A stretch of 64,000 bases of DNA from Bacteroidetes bacterium HLUCCA01 (GTDB lineage Bacteria; Bacteroidota; Rhodothermia; Balneolales; HLUCCA01): positions 192,150 to 256,149 of the forward strand of contig LIHN01000019.1 of assembly GCA_001314545.1 (NCBI GenBank), read 5' to 3'. Shown here piece after piece: positions 37,469 through 48,069 of the stretch (position 1 is its first letter; every line of letters starts with the position of its first letter). The position numbers were made by a program, and so were the translations under genes. The notes beneath the pieces are model-generated. The model was not told the DNA's origin and did no database searches. It worked only from the letters and a program-made list of their open reading frames with translations.

Positions 37469-40400
37469 TTACTTGATAAGCGTCATTTTCTGGGTTTGTA
37501 CGAAATCACCGGCCATGATGCGGTAGATGTACACGCCGGAGGCCAGCTGTGTAGCATCAAAGTTGACCTGGTGTGTACCAGCCGGACGCACATCGTTGAC
37601 CAGCGTGGCAACGAGCTGACCGGTAACGGTGTATACGTTCAGACGAACCTGAGCTTCAACCGGGAGCTGATAGCTGATGGTGGTTGTCGGGTTGAACGGA
37701 TTCGGATAGTTCTGATTCAGGGCGAAGGCCATCGGCATTTCGTCCGTGTTCAGATTGGTTCCGAATGCATCACCTTCGAAGGCACCTTTGTACGGCTCGG
37801 TATCAGATCGCTCGTTACCATCGATATCAAACGGAATGATTTCGATAGGTACACCGGCCAGGTTACGGTCGCCGATGGACGATCCGGTCAGACGCAGGTC
37901 GGTCAGTGACACAAACTCTACACTGCCGGTAGTGGAAATGTTGTCATTTCCGGTGGCATCCGCAAAAGCGGCTAGCGTAGCGTAGGTATCGGTACCTACC
38001 TGAGCAATGGCTCCGTTACCTCCGTTGAAGAAGTGGTTGGAGTTGGCGTCCAGCGAGGAGCCTTCCCACAGGTATCCGTAGGTATTGGCATCGGAGCGTT
38101 CCAGTGAAACGATGTTGTTCACAAAGTTCATCTGTGCGCCTGCTGCTGCACCGGAGGTACGGGCAACGGCTGCATGAATTCCCGAGTTACCGGTATCGGT
38201 AATGCGGAAGGTGTTGTGCAGGGTAATGAACGCTGAGAGTGATGCACCGCCTTCGTGACGGAATCCGTAGAAGTTGTGGTTGGCTTCGGTGCCGGTGTAT
38301 CCGCCGGTAGTGAAGGTATTGTTAACCACATAGACTTCGTCAATCAACGTATTGGTTGCCTGGAACCCAATGAAGGTTGTTTCGTCCGTACGGGCTGTGC
38401 TCACAAACGACAGCTCGTTGTTGGAGAACTCAAAGGATTCAATCGGGGTGTTCAATCGCATGAGCGATTGCTCCGAGGCGAACCCATATCCGTAGAACTG
38501 GTTACCACTGATAACCGTGTTCACGTGAGTTTGGGTTCTGAAACCACTGCGACCAACGTGGAACTCACTTTCATAGACACCGGTGTTCAGGTGGACTACA
38601 TCAGCAGCGCCGGTAGTGGATCCGAACAGCCAGATACCATCATTCCATGGTTTATCGGCAGAACCGAAAGCCACGTTTTCAATGTACAGGTTTTCCGATT
38701 TTCCGGTATCAACAGTTCCGCTCTCACGACGGTTTACAATCATGGCGTAGGTTGCTGCGCCGAGATCATCTTCGTAGGTGAGGGTTACATGGGCAAACTC
38801 CAGATCCAGTGTGTTGCTGAAAAATCCGACCAGGCCACCGGCTCCGCCGTTTTTCATCAGGGTGAGGTTACGATCACCTTCGCCGTCATTGGATCCGTCA
38901 ACGGTGATGAATCCGGTATCAACGAAGCTGAGCAACGGCAGGGAGACGGTTACATCTTTACCCGGAGCCGGAGCAATCGTTACCCGTGTTTCCTCAGTGA
39001 GGTCGCCACGATTGAAACGAACGGTTTCGGTCTCGGTAAGGTCGCCGTCAATCAGGAGCAATACAGGAGCTACTGCACCAGCTTCATTAAGGTCCGCAAC
39101 GGCATCGCTGAGCGAAGCAAATCCGCGCTCGTTATCGCCCTGGGGAATATAATAGGTTCCGGACAGGGGCAGCGCGGGCAGGATCACATCCGTTGCGTTG
39201 ACCGGATAGAGCTGGTAGGTTCCGCGGAAGTTGCCGACAACACCTTCGAAGGTGAATTCACGATCCGGGATGGCAACACCAACAATGCGTGTATTGTTCT
39301 GGTTGGGTACACGGAAATCAACTTCACCGGCATTGGTGGTAGCATCAAAGATGGTGTAAGTCTTGCCAGAACCTGAACCGGCGCTGAAAGTCACATCGCC
39401 GTCAGGATCAATGGAGATTCCCTCCACGCGTACCAGTTCTCCTTCATAGTCAGCACCGTTATCGCGAAGCTCTGCAAGAGTAACCAGCTGGGCTTCAGGA
39501 AGTGCATTGTCCCGTGAAATGACCTCGAATGATGTGATACTGCTTACCTGCAGCTGATCATTGAAAGCACCGCGAGTACCGGTCATACGCACAAGGTCTC
39601 CCTCAGCCACATCACCGTCATTAACTGCTGTACCGTAATCGGTAGAGCTGCCGGCGAAGGTATTGATGGCTGCCGTTTCGTCCTGAATACGGGTTTCTGC
39701 GCCACCGGCACGGGTAATTACACCCTCGATGGTAACCAAACTTCCGCTTTCCAGGGCACGGGCTTCAGCGATGGTGTAGGTATCAAATACTTCGCCGCGG
39801 GTCAGTACCACGGAGGCAACATCCCCGAAGGTCAGGGCGCTACCGTCTGTGCTGATTGCACGGTGGTAAAGCGTAACGGTTTCGTTGACTGCCACGTTAT
39901 TCTCGGCCAGAAGCGCATCAACGGCACTCATAGTCAGTTCGGCAGATGTTTCTGTTCCGGCACTGATGTTGAGCAAGGTTGATCCAAAGGTTGGCTCAGT
40001 TGAAAGCTGCCATACGTAGGCAACGAGGTCGTCGTCGTCATCGGTAGCTGCAGCCCAGGTTGGCACAAACGGTGTCAGGGCAAAGCCCTCGATGGTGATT
40101 TCAGCCTGATCTGCAGGTGCTACAATAGCAGAAGCAGCAGGTGCGGTATTCGGATCAACCAGAAGCTGACCACGAACTTCACCGGCAGGGAACTCGTCTG
40201 TATGGATGTTTACATAGTAGACACCGGCAGCCAGCTCAGCGGTCTGGGTAGCATCCAGCGTGAAGGTATTGCTCGCAGCCTCAAAGGTGAGCTCGTTGTT
40301 ATCAACGGTCGGATTCAAGGCGAAAACTACACCGCCATTGGTACCGTTTACACCGGTATGGATGTGCGACATGGTGTAATTGCCGGTCAGACCGCTAACC

Positions 40401-42058
40401 GAACCGGTTACTACCAGCTGGTCTTCAGTAAGTACCGCGTTCAGGGTACCGGTACCGGCGCTGGCGTTGGCTGGCACTTCAGCAAGACCACTTACAGTGG
40501 TTACGAAGTTGGATGGTACCACGGGTTCTTCTCCGCCTTCACCTGTAAATTCCGTGATTGCGAAGTCGTCGATATTCAGACGGTTGTTACTGGTACCAGT
40601 TTCGGTTTCACGCTTGACCCGGAATCGTATCGGATCAGCTGAATTGATTTCAGCGGAAAACGTCTGAACATCATCACTGGCAGGAGCGGTAAATGGAGCA
40701 CCAACCAGGGTCCATGTAGTTCCGCCATCCGTACTGGATTCAACACGCCAGTCAACCTGGGTGTCAGAACCGTAACGACGGTACTGAAAACGTACCTCAC
40801 CGGCTGAGGTTACATCATCCAGCATAGAAATCGAAGAAACACCATGACCACGAAGTCGTACAGACAGCGAACCGTTTTTCCAGTCACCATCCAAACCTCC
40901 AATCAGTGCCTCGGTCATATTCCATTGAACGCCGTTTAACGTAACTTCACCACTGGCATACGAACCTTTGCCACCTTCTTCAAAGTCGGTTGAATACACC
41001 AGGGTTTCAGCAGGCTCTTCAGGTACGGCCACCAGTGCATTATCAGAAGTATAGGCTCCTACTCCGTTATTGGTGCTCAGAACAAAAAACTTGACTTTAC
41101 CGTCGGCAAGGACACGTGTTGCCAGATCACCGGCGCCGTTGCCATTAGTCTGGGCACCTAATGTTGCAGTAGAACCAACAACCACAGGATTGGCATAATC
41201 GCCTGCTTCTACTGAGAAGATTACTGCTTTCTCATTATTGGCACCGTAGGTGTACGTGGCTACCAATTCCTTGTCACCATCAAAGCCAAGGTGTTCAATA
41301 GCGTTGGAACCGGTTGTAATGGCTGTTGAAGGTGTTGTTCCAACCAGCGTACCGGTTGCATCGTATTTTTTCGGAGTACTTCCGTTGTAGTTGTGCCAGA
41401 ATGATCCGTCAGGTAACGGACCAACAGCGGCACTTCCGCCTGTAGCATTATCACTCAGCGTAATAACATTTGGAGTTGCATCAAACGAGCCGTTTTCCAT
41501 AGACCAGACATAAACCTTGCCCTGTCCACCTGTTGCGCTGGAAGCCCAGATCTGGGCTGTACCGTCTGCAACGGAGCCGACTACGGTAAATTTGTCACCC
41601 AAACGGACAGCATCACTCAGGGTGGCACTGACAGCAACGACCGGGTCTGCGGATTCATCGTTCCACTGATAGACCTTAAACGGACTTGCGGATGCGTCAG
41701 TAGTCATGTTAGCGGCAAAGATGACACCGTCAGCGGATATATTGGCATCATTTACGGCAAAAACCCCACCGGTAATTCCGGTTGCACTCAGTGTGGTTAC
41801 ATCACTGCCATCAGCTGCATTCATGACACGCAAGTTGATGCCTGCATTGCGGCTTACCACAACGACCCGATCGTTTTCACCAATCGTTCCAAAGGCAAAA
41901 CCACGCTCTGTATCGGCTCCAAACCAGCTGGGCAGGTCAGTAGACGAAACGGCACGCTGCCAATCCGCTGTAAACTGCGCTTTAGCCTGAGGCACAGCCC
42001 CAAACAAAAACGCCATCATCGCTATTCCCAAAAAGGAATATCGTAGGTCAAATCGCAT
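37469..42058 (-). CDS. Giant multidomain secreted protein with T9SS C-terminal sorting domain. Domains in order: N-terminal domain shared with the next gene, beta-sandwich module, CHRD domain, tandem OB-like modules, parallel beta-helix
   Basis: Preferred ATG 42058 ([28 protein letters not shown] signal peptide). CHRD-like block ([16 protein letters not shown]...[17 protein letters not shown]...[17 protein letters not shown]). Repetitive NN.F/NNI.S beta-helix rungs. C-terminus [19 protein letters not shown]...[23 protein letters not shown] is a TIGR04183-type CTD. Confidence 0.85.
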   Translation of the reverse strand: MRFDLRYSFLGIAMMAFLFGAVPQAKAQFTADWQRAVSSTDLPSWFGADTERGFAFGTIGENDRVVVVSRNAGINLRVMNAADGSDVTTLSATGITGGVFAVNDANISADGVIFAANMTTDASASPFKVYQWNDESADPVVAVSATLSDAVRLGDKFTVVGSVADGTAQIWASSATGGQGKVYVWSMENGSFDATPNVITLSDNATGGSAAVGPLPDGSFWHNYNGSTPKKYDATGTLVGTTPSTAITTGSNAIEHLGFDGDKELVATYTYGANNEKAVIFSVEAGDYANPVVVGSTATLGAQTNGNGAGDLATRVLADGKVKFFVLSTNNGVGAYTSDNALVAVPEEPAETLVYSTDFEEGGKGSYASGEVTLNGVQWNMTEALIGGLDGDWKNGSLSVRLRGHGVSSISMLDDVTSAGEVRFQYRRYGSDTQVDWRVESSTDGGTTWTLVGAPFTAPASDDVQTFSAEINSADPIRFRVKRETETGTSNNRLNIDDFAITEFTGEGGEEPVVPSNFVTTVSGLAEVPANASAGTGTLNAVLTEDQLVVTGSVSGLTGNYTMSHIHTGVNGTNGGVVFALNPTVDNNELTFEAASNTFTLDATQTAELAAGVYYVNIHTDEFPAGEVRGQLLVDPNTAPAASAIVAPADQAEITIEGFALTPFVPTWAAATDDDDDLVAYVWQLSTEPTFGSTLLNISAGTETSAELTMSAVDALLAENNVAVNETVTLYHRAISTDGSALTFGDVASVVLTRGEVFDTYTIAEARALESGSLVTIEGVITRAGGAETRIQDETAAINTFAGSSTDYGTAVNDGDVAEGDLVRMTGTRGAFNDQLQVSSITSFEVISRDNALPEAQLVTLAELRDNGADYEGELVRVEGISIDPDGDVTFSAGSGSGKTYTIFDATTNAGEVDFRVPNQNNTRIVGVAIPDREFTFEGVVGNFRGTYQLYPVNATDVILPALPLSGTYYIPQGDNERGFASLSDAVADLNEAGAVAPVLLLIDGDLTETETVRFNRGDLTEETRVTIAPAPGKDVTVSLPLLSFVDTGFITVDGSNDGEGDRNLTLMKNGGAGGLVGFFSNTLDLEFAHVTLTYEDDLGAATYAMIVNRRESGTVDTGKSENLYIENVAFGSADKPWNDGIWLFGSTTGAADVVHLNTGVYESEFHVGRSGFRTQTHVNTVISGNQFYGYGFASEQSLMRLNTPIESFEFSNNELSFVSTARTDETTFIGFQATNTLIDEVYVVNNTFTTGGYTGTEANHNFYGFRHEGGASLSAFITLHNTFRITDTGNSGIHAAVARTSGAAAGAQMNFVNNIVSLERSDANTYGYLWEGSSLDANSNHFFNGGNGAIAQVGTDTYATLAAFADATGNDNISTTGSVEFVSLTDLRLTGSSIGDRNLAGVPIEIIPFDIDGNERSDTEPYKGAFEGDAFGTNLNTDEMPMAFALNQNYPNPFNPTTTISYQLPVEAQVRLNVYTVTGQLVATLVNDVRPAGTHQVNFDATQLASGVYIYRIMAGDFVQTQKMTLIK

Positions 42059-42280
42059 ATTCGACTCCATAAGTTTGTTAGTATTGTCTTTTCCAGCCGC
42101 CAACGGTTTGTCTGAACGGCTGATGTAGTGATCTGTAGATGTGCAGCGGCGCGTCTGTCTGAAACCGCTACCAACCTCAGCGACAAGGTAGCATTAAGAT
42201 TGTTCTCGTTCCAATTTTTTTCACAGTTGCACTCCGCAGACAAAAAAACCGGATAATCGCCACCCACATACTGTGTAAAT

Positions 42281-42319
42281 AAAAAAAAGCCCCGTTCTGT
42301 CAGTAAAACGGGGCTTTTT
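42281..42319. terminator. Rho-independent terminator after the 708-aa T9SS cargo gene (bidirectional shape)
   Basis: aaaaaaaaGCCCCGTTctgtcagtaaAACGGGGCttttt. Confidence 0.8.
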
Positions 42320-42338
42320 ATAACGGCAACTGGCTGCG

Positions 42339-44465
42339 TTACTTCACAAGCATCATTTTCTGTGAAGCCGTCATGTCACCATTTGTGATGCGGTAAATGT
42401 ATACACCCGACGACAAGCTGGAAGCGTCGAAGTTTACCGTGTGACGTCCGGCCGGCATGGTCTGACTGACCAGCGTAGCCACGCGCTGACCGGTTACCGT
42501 ATAGACCGCCAGTTCCACCATACCTGACTCAGCAATACTGTAGCTGATACTGGTAGTCGGGTTAAACGGATTCGGAAAGTTTTGCTCCAGGGCAAACTCG
42601 AACGGATTTTCACCAAGCTCTAATGATGTTGACTGCGGCACATCCAGATCAATGGTCCATACCTGCTCGGCAAACCGGACTTCCTCACCGAACTCTGCAG
42701 TCACAGTCCAGGCACCGTTAAACAGTCCGGCAGGAATTTCCAGCTCTTCAACTTCTGCCAGAATAGCGCCCACTGTAAGGATCACGGAGTTCGTGCCACC
42801 CACGGGAATACTCAGGGCAGGCGGATCAAAGCTTCCGGTTACCGCATCCAGGTGCCAGGTGTAGGTAACTTCCTGGAACGACTCCCACTCGTTGAATCCT
42901 TCATCAAGCAGCGCGTTACCCGATGCATCTTCTACCCGAACGTCGTCAAAGTAGGCCGCTCCCTGAATGTTGTCGCCGTACACAACAATGCGCACATAGG
43001 TTTCGCCCGTGGCATTCAGATCAGCCGATACCTGCTTCCAGTCCAGGTTAATGTCGCCGCTTCCACCTGAAAGCGCCTCAAGGGTGGCAACGGTCTCCCA
43101 GGTCTCACCATCGCTGGATTTATCAACATCCACAGACAAAACGGTAGCGTTGCTGTACGTTGCGGCCCACATGCTGATACTGGCCGGTGAATCAAGTAAC
43201 GGAAGGGCAATAACCGATGCTTGTCCTAGATTACTACCGACGTAGCCACCCGTTCCGTTGGCACCATCGCCGCCATGTGCAAAACTGTCAAATACAAATG
43301 AAGCATTCTCGCGCGACCAGGCAGCGGTGGATGCAGCCGCTTCCCACTCGACGGTTATCTCGGTTTCAGCAGGCAGAGAAAGCGAAAGCTCAGTACCGTC
43401 GGCCGGGCTCAGCAGATTGAAAGCCTGAATGGTTTCTTCTACAGGAATATAGGCGCTGATGTCATAGGCGCTGATAGCATTGTTGGAGGCCATCAGGTAC
43501 ATCATACCATTGGGGATGTCAAAGATGGGTCCGCCCGTTCCGTTGGCATTGCTATTGGCTCCGGCAACCGTATAGGCAATTTCTTCACCGGTGGCCAGGT
43601 CAATGATCGAAGCCGACTGTCCGGATGCCGTGAGGTTGGAAGGAAACACCCCTGCCAGTTCACGACCGTTGGCATTGGCGTAGTCTACCCAGAGTGCTTC
43701 TTTGGTCGGGAAAACACCTTCAGGAACAATGGTACCGGTTTCGCCGGTAGTCAAACTGACTTTTCGCAGATTGAACTCAAATTCATTCACCCAGATGCTG
43801 TCCTGACCCGCAATGCTGGACATGCCGCGAACCGCACGGAGCTCCAGCGGATCAAATGCCAGAACCCGTACAGCGGAGATCGTATCCAGAGCGGCATCGT
43901 AGGTAAATACGCCCAGATTCGGGTTACCCGAACCCCCGCCCAGCAGATAGGTGTTACCATCGGTAAAGTCAGCCATAAAACTGTCACCAAACCGGAAGCC
44001 GGTTTCATTGACGTTGCCGGCATAAATCAGCTTCGGTGCAGCCGACTCATTGGCCCAGCTGTAAATACGATACGGACTATCTACGGCATTGAGCGTCAGG
44101 TTGGCCGCAAAAATCCGTCCATCAGGTGATACATCAATCAGGGATGCCGGAAAGGTGCCCCCACCGATACCGGTGACATCCAGCACGCCCAGAGAATCTC
44201 CGGTTGCCGCATCCAGAATAACGGGTTTTAGTCCGCCGGTGCGACTAAACACAATCAGATTACCGGTTGCCTCATTGAAGGCAAACCCCCGGGTGTTGTT
44301 ATCATTGGCAAACCAGTTTTTGCTATCGGCCGGTATAGACCAGACCGGATTATCCAGCACGTCCTGGGCCTGAGCCCCGGTTGGCAGTGCAACCGCAGCC
44401 ATAAGCAGGGCGGCGGCAGTGCCTTTCAGCCATCGTGTAAATGTAGGTTGTAGCGACATCGTCAT
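42339..44465 (-). CDS. Secreted protein with T9SS C-terminal sorting domain; N-terminal domain paralogous to the 1529-aa neighbour
   Basis: Signal peptide (LKGTAAALLMAAVALPTGAQAQ). N-domain blocks WFANDNNTRGFAF...VFSRTGG...DAATGDSLGVLDVTGIGGGTF...VSPDGRIFAANLT...SPYRIYSW.NESAAP align with the neighbour. [19 protein letters not shown]...[23 protein letters not shown]. Confidence 0.85.
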   Translation of the reverse strand: MTMSLQPTFTRWLKGTAAALLMAAVALPTGAQAQDVLDNPVWSIPADSKNWFANDNNTRGFAFNEATGNLIVFSRTGGLKPVILDAATGDSLGVLDVTGIGGGTFPASLIDVSPDGRIFAANLTLNAVDSPYRIYSWANESAAPKLIYAGNVNETGFRFGDSFMADFTDGNTYLLGGGSGNPNLGVFTYDAALDTISAVRVLAFDPLELRAVRGMSSIAGQDSIWVNEFEFNLRKVSLTTGETGTIVPEGVFPTKEALWVDYANANGRELAGVFPSNLTASGQSASIIDLATGEEIAYTVAGANSNANGTGGPIFDIPNGMMYLMASNNAISAYDISAYIPVEETIQAFNLLSPADGTELSLSLPAETEITVEWEAAASTAAWSRENASFVFDSFAHGGDGANGTGGYVGSNLGQASVIALPLLDSPASISMWAATYSNATVLSVDVDKSSDGETWETVATLEALSGGSGDINLDWKQVSADLNATGETYVRIVVYGDNIQGAAYFDDVRVEDASGNALLDEGFNEWESFQEVTYTWHLDAVTGSFDPPALSIPVGGTNSVILTVGAILAEVEELEIPAGLFNGAWTVTAEFGEEVRFAEQVWTIDLDVPQSTSLELGENPFEFALEQNFPNPFNPTTSISYSIAESGMVELAVYTVTGQRVATLVSQTMPAGRHTVNFDASSLSSGVYIYRITNGDMTASQKMMLVK

Positions 44466-44778
44466 AGTACCTCGTTTATAGTTTGTAGTATAGGACGTAT
44501 CTGCACAAAGCGGTACAAGTCCGGCTTTCAGGAACAGAATCAGCGTCCGTGTTCTTTGTTGGTATGGATGATTTGCAGCTGCATCATAAATTGATGCAAG
44601 CGGTATGTTGATCCGGTGTTTACCGGACCCAACCCGGCATATACCGGGTCTCTCGCTGCGCCTTTTGCGGGTGTGACTCCTTGGCGCGATCAGTTACTTT
44701 ATTCGGATGAAATTTTGTTGGTATGTATCCAACGTGAACAATCTACCATATTACCGGCAAACTGCCAAATAACCAGAC

Positions 44779-45885
44779 TTAGCCAAGTAAATTATCGGGA
44801 TTTAACACCGCCAGCTCCTCGTCAACAAAAAGCCGCCCTTTTCTGACGAGCTTCCCGTCGAGATATACATCAGGACCGATACAAACCAGATCCCAGTGGA
44901 TGTTACTGTGATTCCCGTTGGGAGCGATTTCATAGTCGTTACCCAGGGTCAGGTGGTTCGAGCCATATATTTTCTCATCGAACAGAATATCGTACATGGG
45001 CTGCTCAATAACCGGATTGGTTCCGAAACTGAATTCCCCAAACCGCGAAGCCCCCTGATCGGTGGCCAGGATTTCCTCAAGTGCGGCGTTGTTGGAAGAG
45101 TCAAAATTGACGACTACCCCGTTTTCTACATGCAGTTCCACAAATTCAAACGGTTTACCCTGATACACGGAGGGTGCATAGCGAATGTGACCATTGACAC
45201 TGTCCAGTATCGGAGAGGAAAACAGTTCCCCGTCCGGAATGTTCCGCTTGCCTGTGCAGGGAATCCAGTTCTGGCCTTCCACGGAAAACCGGATATCCGT
45301 GCCATTGCCCTGCAAATGAATTTCGCGGGTGGTGCGGAGCCGTTCCTCCAGAGGCTTCATTGCTTCGGCCAGTCGGTTGTAGTCGAGCAGGCAGGATTGA
45401 TAGAAGAAATCTATAAACCGCGAGGTGGGCATTTTCGCGTTCATGGCAAATGCCTCAGAGGGGTAGCGCATAATACACCATCGGGTGTTGTTGACACGCT
45501 CCTGAAAATGGACCGGATCCAGCAATCCTTTGGCATAGGCCTTGTTTGCCGCACCGCTCACGTCGGCTTGTTCGTAAATATTCTGGCTGGCCCTGATTCC
45601 GACATAGGCATCCATCTGCTTCATGAGGGGAAGCTGATCTACCGACGCCTGCCGTTCCCAGAAAGCGAGATCACCGGAAGTCAGGAGCAGACGCTGAATT
45701 TCTGTGTCAACGATATCGATGAAGGGATGGGCCTGCATCGCCCGGGCCACCTCAACCATAGCGCGTAGCAATCCTATTCCGTTAAGACCGACCAGCTGAA
45801 GCATTACATTCTCGCCGGGCTGCAGCTCAACGCTGTATTCCAGAATTTTTTTTGCCAGTGCCTTGTCGTTGTCAGAATACATCAT
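44779..45885 (-). CDS. Aminopeptidase, M29 (AmpS/PepS) family
   Basis: 368 aa. N-terminus LAKKILEYSVELQPGENVMLQ and C-terminal metal-site region (GEFSFGTN...HLTLGN...SNIHWDL), typical of thermophilic-metalloprotease M29. Confidence 0.8.
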   Translation of the reverse strand: MMYSDNDKALAKKILEYSVELQPGENVMLQLVGLNGIGLLRAMVEVARAMQAHPFIDIVDTEIQRLLLTSGDLAFWERQASVDQLPLMKQMDAYVGIRASQNIYEQADVSGAANKAYAKGLLDPVHFQERVNNTRWCIMRYPSEAFAMNAKMPTSRFIDFFYQSCLLDYNRLAEAMKPLEERLRTTREIHLQGNGTDIRFSVEGQNWIPCTGKRNIPDGELFSSPILDSVNGHIRYAPSVYQGKPFEFVELHVENGVVVNFDSSNNAALEEILATDQGASRFGEFSFGTNPVIEQPMYDILFDEKIYGSNHLTLGNDYEIAPNGNHSNIHWDLVCIGPDVYLDGKLVRKGRLFVDEELAVLNPDNLLG

Positions 45886-45897
45886 AGGTAGAATAGA

Positions 45898-46509
45898 TTA
45901 AGCTATGGTAAAAATGGTGTCGCACAGGTCCAGCTCGCGCGTATCATTGCTGGCGATGATGGTCAGTGCTTGGTGCCGTCGGGCAGATACCAGGCCGGAC
46001 ACGTACGCCATTCCGTTTTGGTCGAGGTTGGTTCCGGGTTCATCCAGCATCAGAATGTCCGGGTTGTGCAGCGTTGCTGCGGTAAGTTTGATACGTTGCT
46101 GCTGGCCGGAAGACAGCGATTTATACGCGGCATGCGCTTTGGCACCGATACCGAGTTGGTCGAGGGCGCCAAGCAGGACCCCCTCTTCGGCCGGTTTGCC
46201 ACGTGAATCCATCAAAAATTGCAGGTTTTCCAGGCAGGTGAGCTCAGCGTAGTGGTGAATGTACGGAGCGGCGAATCCGCTTTGCCTGCGGAACGCCTCC
46301 CTGTTGAGCGTGGCCTGCCCCTCCTGCCAGGTTACCGAACCGCTGTCAGGCGCGTACAGACCCGCCAGGCACCGGATCAGGGTAGACTTCCCCGAGCCGT
46401 TAAGTCCGGCAATGCCCAGTACACCACCGGTCACCGACAGGTTCACATCGCGGAAAATCCATCGGTAGCCGAAATGCTTACCCAGGTTTTGAACACTCAA
46501 CGTTATCAT
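45898..46509 (-). CDS. ABC transporter ATP-binding protein (short, CcmA-like), no permease adjacent
   Basis: Walker A GLNGSGKST, signature LSSGQQQR, Walker B ILMLDEPGTNLD. 203 aa, 12 nt upstream of the M29 gene. Confidence 0.85.
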   Translation of the reverse strand: MITLSVQNLGKHFGYRWIFRDVNLSVTGGVLGIAGLNGSGKSTLIRCLAGLYAPDSGSVTWQEGQATLNREAFRRQSGFAAPYIHHYAELTCLENLQFLMDSRGKPAEEGVLLGALDQLGIGAKAHAAYKSLSSGQQQRIKLTAATLHNPDILMLDEPGTNLDQNGMAYVSGLVSARRHQALTIIASNDTRELDLCDTIFTIA

Positions 46510-46627
46510 AGTTTAAAAGTACGGAATCAGCCGGCAACGCCAAATTTGAAATCGTCAAATGCCCTGCCTTTCGGTTTGATTGAGGCGGACTGTAGACCTA
46601 TATTTCAGCTATATATTCAACACTTTT

Positions 46628-48058
46628 ATGCAACATTACATACGATCCATTACCATCAGTCTGCTTGAGCGCGTTTCCGGCGACCAGCTTCACTACACCC
46701 CCGCTGAATTATCAGAGTCCGGCTACCCGGAATTTGTAGTCAACCGCATCCGCCTTGAGCTCCAGCGTAACCTGGCCGAATCGGTCACCCTGCCTGAAAG
46801 CGATTGGGCCGACATGCAGGCCGATCCCGTTCAGGACGCCTGGGACCGATTCCTGGAGGCCATTAATGCGGAAACACGGATTCCGGAAAGTTACCTGCGT
46901 TCGGTTACGGAAAACGCTGTAGAAGACATCCTCGAACAGCTCGCTGAACCTGAAAAGTTTGTGCTGGACACCCTGTTCCGCCATGAAAGGGAGGTCTCTG
47001 TGCTGGAAATGCATGCCCGACGGGAATGGATTGTACTGAACGGTCACCTGGCTGATGCCGTGCTGCGCTTTATGCAGCGGCGGGACCTGAAAACCATCAC
47101 GCGCGACCGTGCCGCCGGTATCATCCGCCAGATCGACCAGCACCTTGCTTCCGGGTATACCCCCCTGAAATGGGCGCAGGCACTGGATATCTGCTTCAAG
47201 CTCATGGGAAGCCAGGTCCCCTCCACCCTGTTTTCACGGTATTTTGCCGACAAAGGGCTTGACGATGTTGCCGAACGAATGCTCCGGGCGGATGAAGAAC
47301 TGACCCGAAGCAGGCTGATTGAACTGCTCTCCTCCCCCGGTCTTGACTGGAGGCGGAAGGATACTTCAGCTGTTGAAAAGCCGGCCGGGGAGGCTGAGCA
47401 GAAAGCAACTGATACCGTGCAGGCTGACACCGCCCCCGAAAATACGCCCGAACCTGCCAACACCGACATCTGTCATGACGATGACCGTGCAACTGCGTTC
47501 GATGAAGCGATGCAAGAAGATAGCGCTTCGGCTGAAACCGGTACCTCTGATGATGAAGTAATCCCCGAGCTCAACCAATCTGATGGTGATGAGGAGGAAT
47601 TACCCATTTGGATGCGTTTTCTGGATGCAGACGCCGGGGATGACGAAACCGACCAGACCCATCCCCCTTCTGAAGCGATTCCGGATCATGGCCAAACCCC
47701 GGATGATTCCTTCGAGGAACCGCTCATTCAGCGTTTTCAGCAGGAGGAGTCCGAGGAGGAATCGTGGGAGCCGGAAGAAAACCCGGATACTTCCTCACGA
47801 AACTTGCTCACCGATGCCTCCAAAGAACTGCTGGACCGCATGGGAGCCCACGCAGACCTGTTTCTGCAGGACTTTTTCAACAATGAACTAGACGACTTTT
47901 ACACCTCCCTGAACGCTCTGACCAGCTTCCATACCTGGCAGGAAGCCGGAACCTACCTGACCCGTGAGATATTCATACCCCGGGAAATCGACATCTACTC
48001 TGGTGAAGCCGTTCTTTTTGTAGACCTGCTCCAACAGTATTTCGAAGAAACATCGTAA
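46628..48058 (+). CDS. Hypothetical protein with central ~170-aa acidic low-complexity region
   Basis: Preferred ATG 46628 (track start 46580 is TTG). Ordered-looking N-terminal ~240 aa and C-terminal ~80 aa flank a D/E/P/T-rich stretch ([14 protein letters not shown]...[18 protein letters not shown]...[15 protein letters not shown]). No family recognised. Confidence 0.6.
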   Translation: MQHYIRSITISLLERVSGDQLHYTPAELSESGYPEFVVNRIRLELQRNLAESVTLPESDWADMQADPVQDAWDRFLEAINAETRIPESYLRSVTENAVEDILEQLAEPEKFVLDTLFRHEREVSVLEMHARREWIVLNGHLADAVLRFMQRRDLKTITRDRAAGIIRQIDQHLASGYTPLKWAQALDICFKLMGSQVPSTLFSRYFADKGLDDVAERMLRADEELTRSRLIELLSSPGLDWRRKDTSAVEKPAGEAEQKATDTVQADTAPENTPEPANTDICHDDDRATAFDEAMQEDSASAETGTSDDEVIPELNQSDGDEEELPIWMRFLDADAGDDETDQTHPPSEAIPDHGQTPDDSFEEPLIQRFQQEESEEESWEPEENPDTSSRNLLTDASKELLDRMGAHADLFLQDFFNNELDDFYTSLNALTSFHTWQEAGTYLTREIFIPREIDIYSGEAVLFVDLLQQYFEETS

Positions 48059-48069
48059 TCTACCTAACC

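Noticed and set aside
38255-39376. 373-aa plus-strand ORF inside the 1529-aa T9SS gene
   Set aside because: It is the antisense frame of a repetitive beta-helix region. The sense ORF has a signal peptide, domains and a CTD.
44896-45768. 290-aa plus-strand ORF
   Set aside because: It is antisense to the M29 aminopeptidase, with no motifs.
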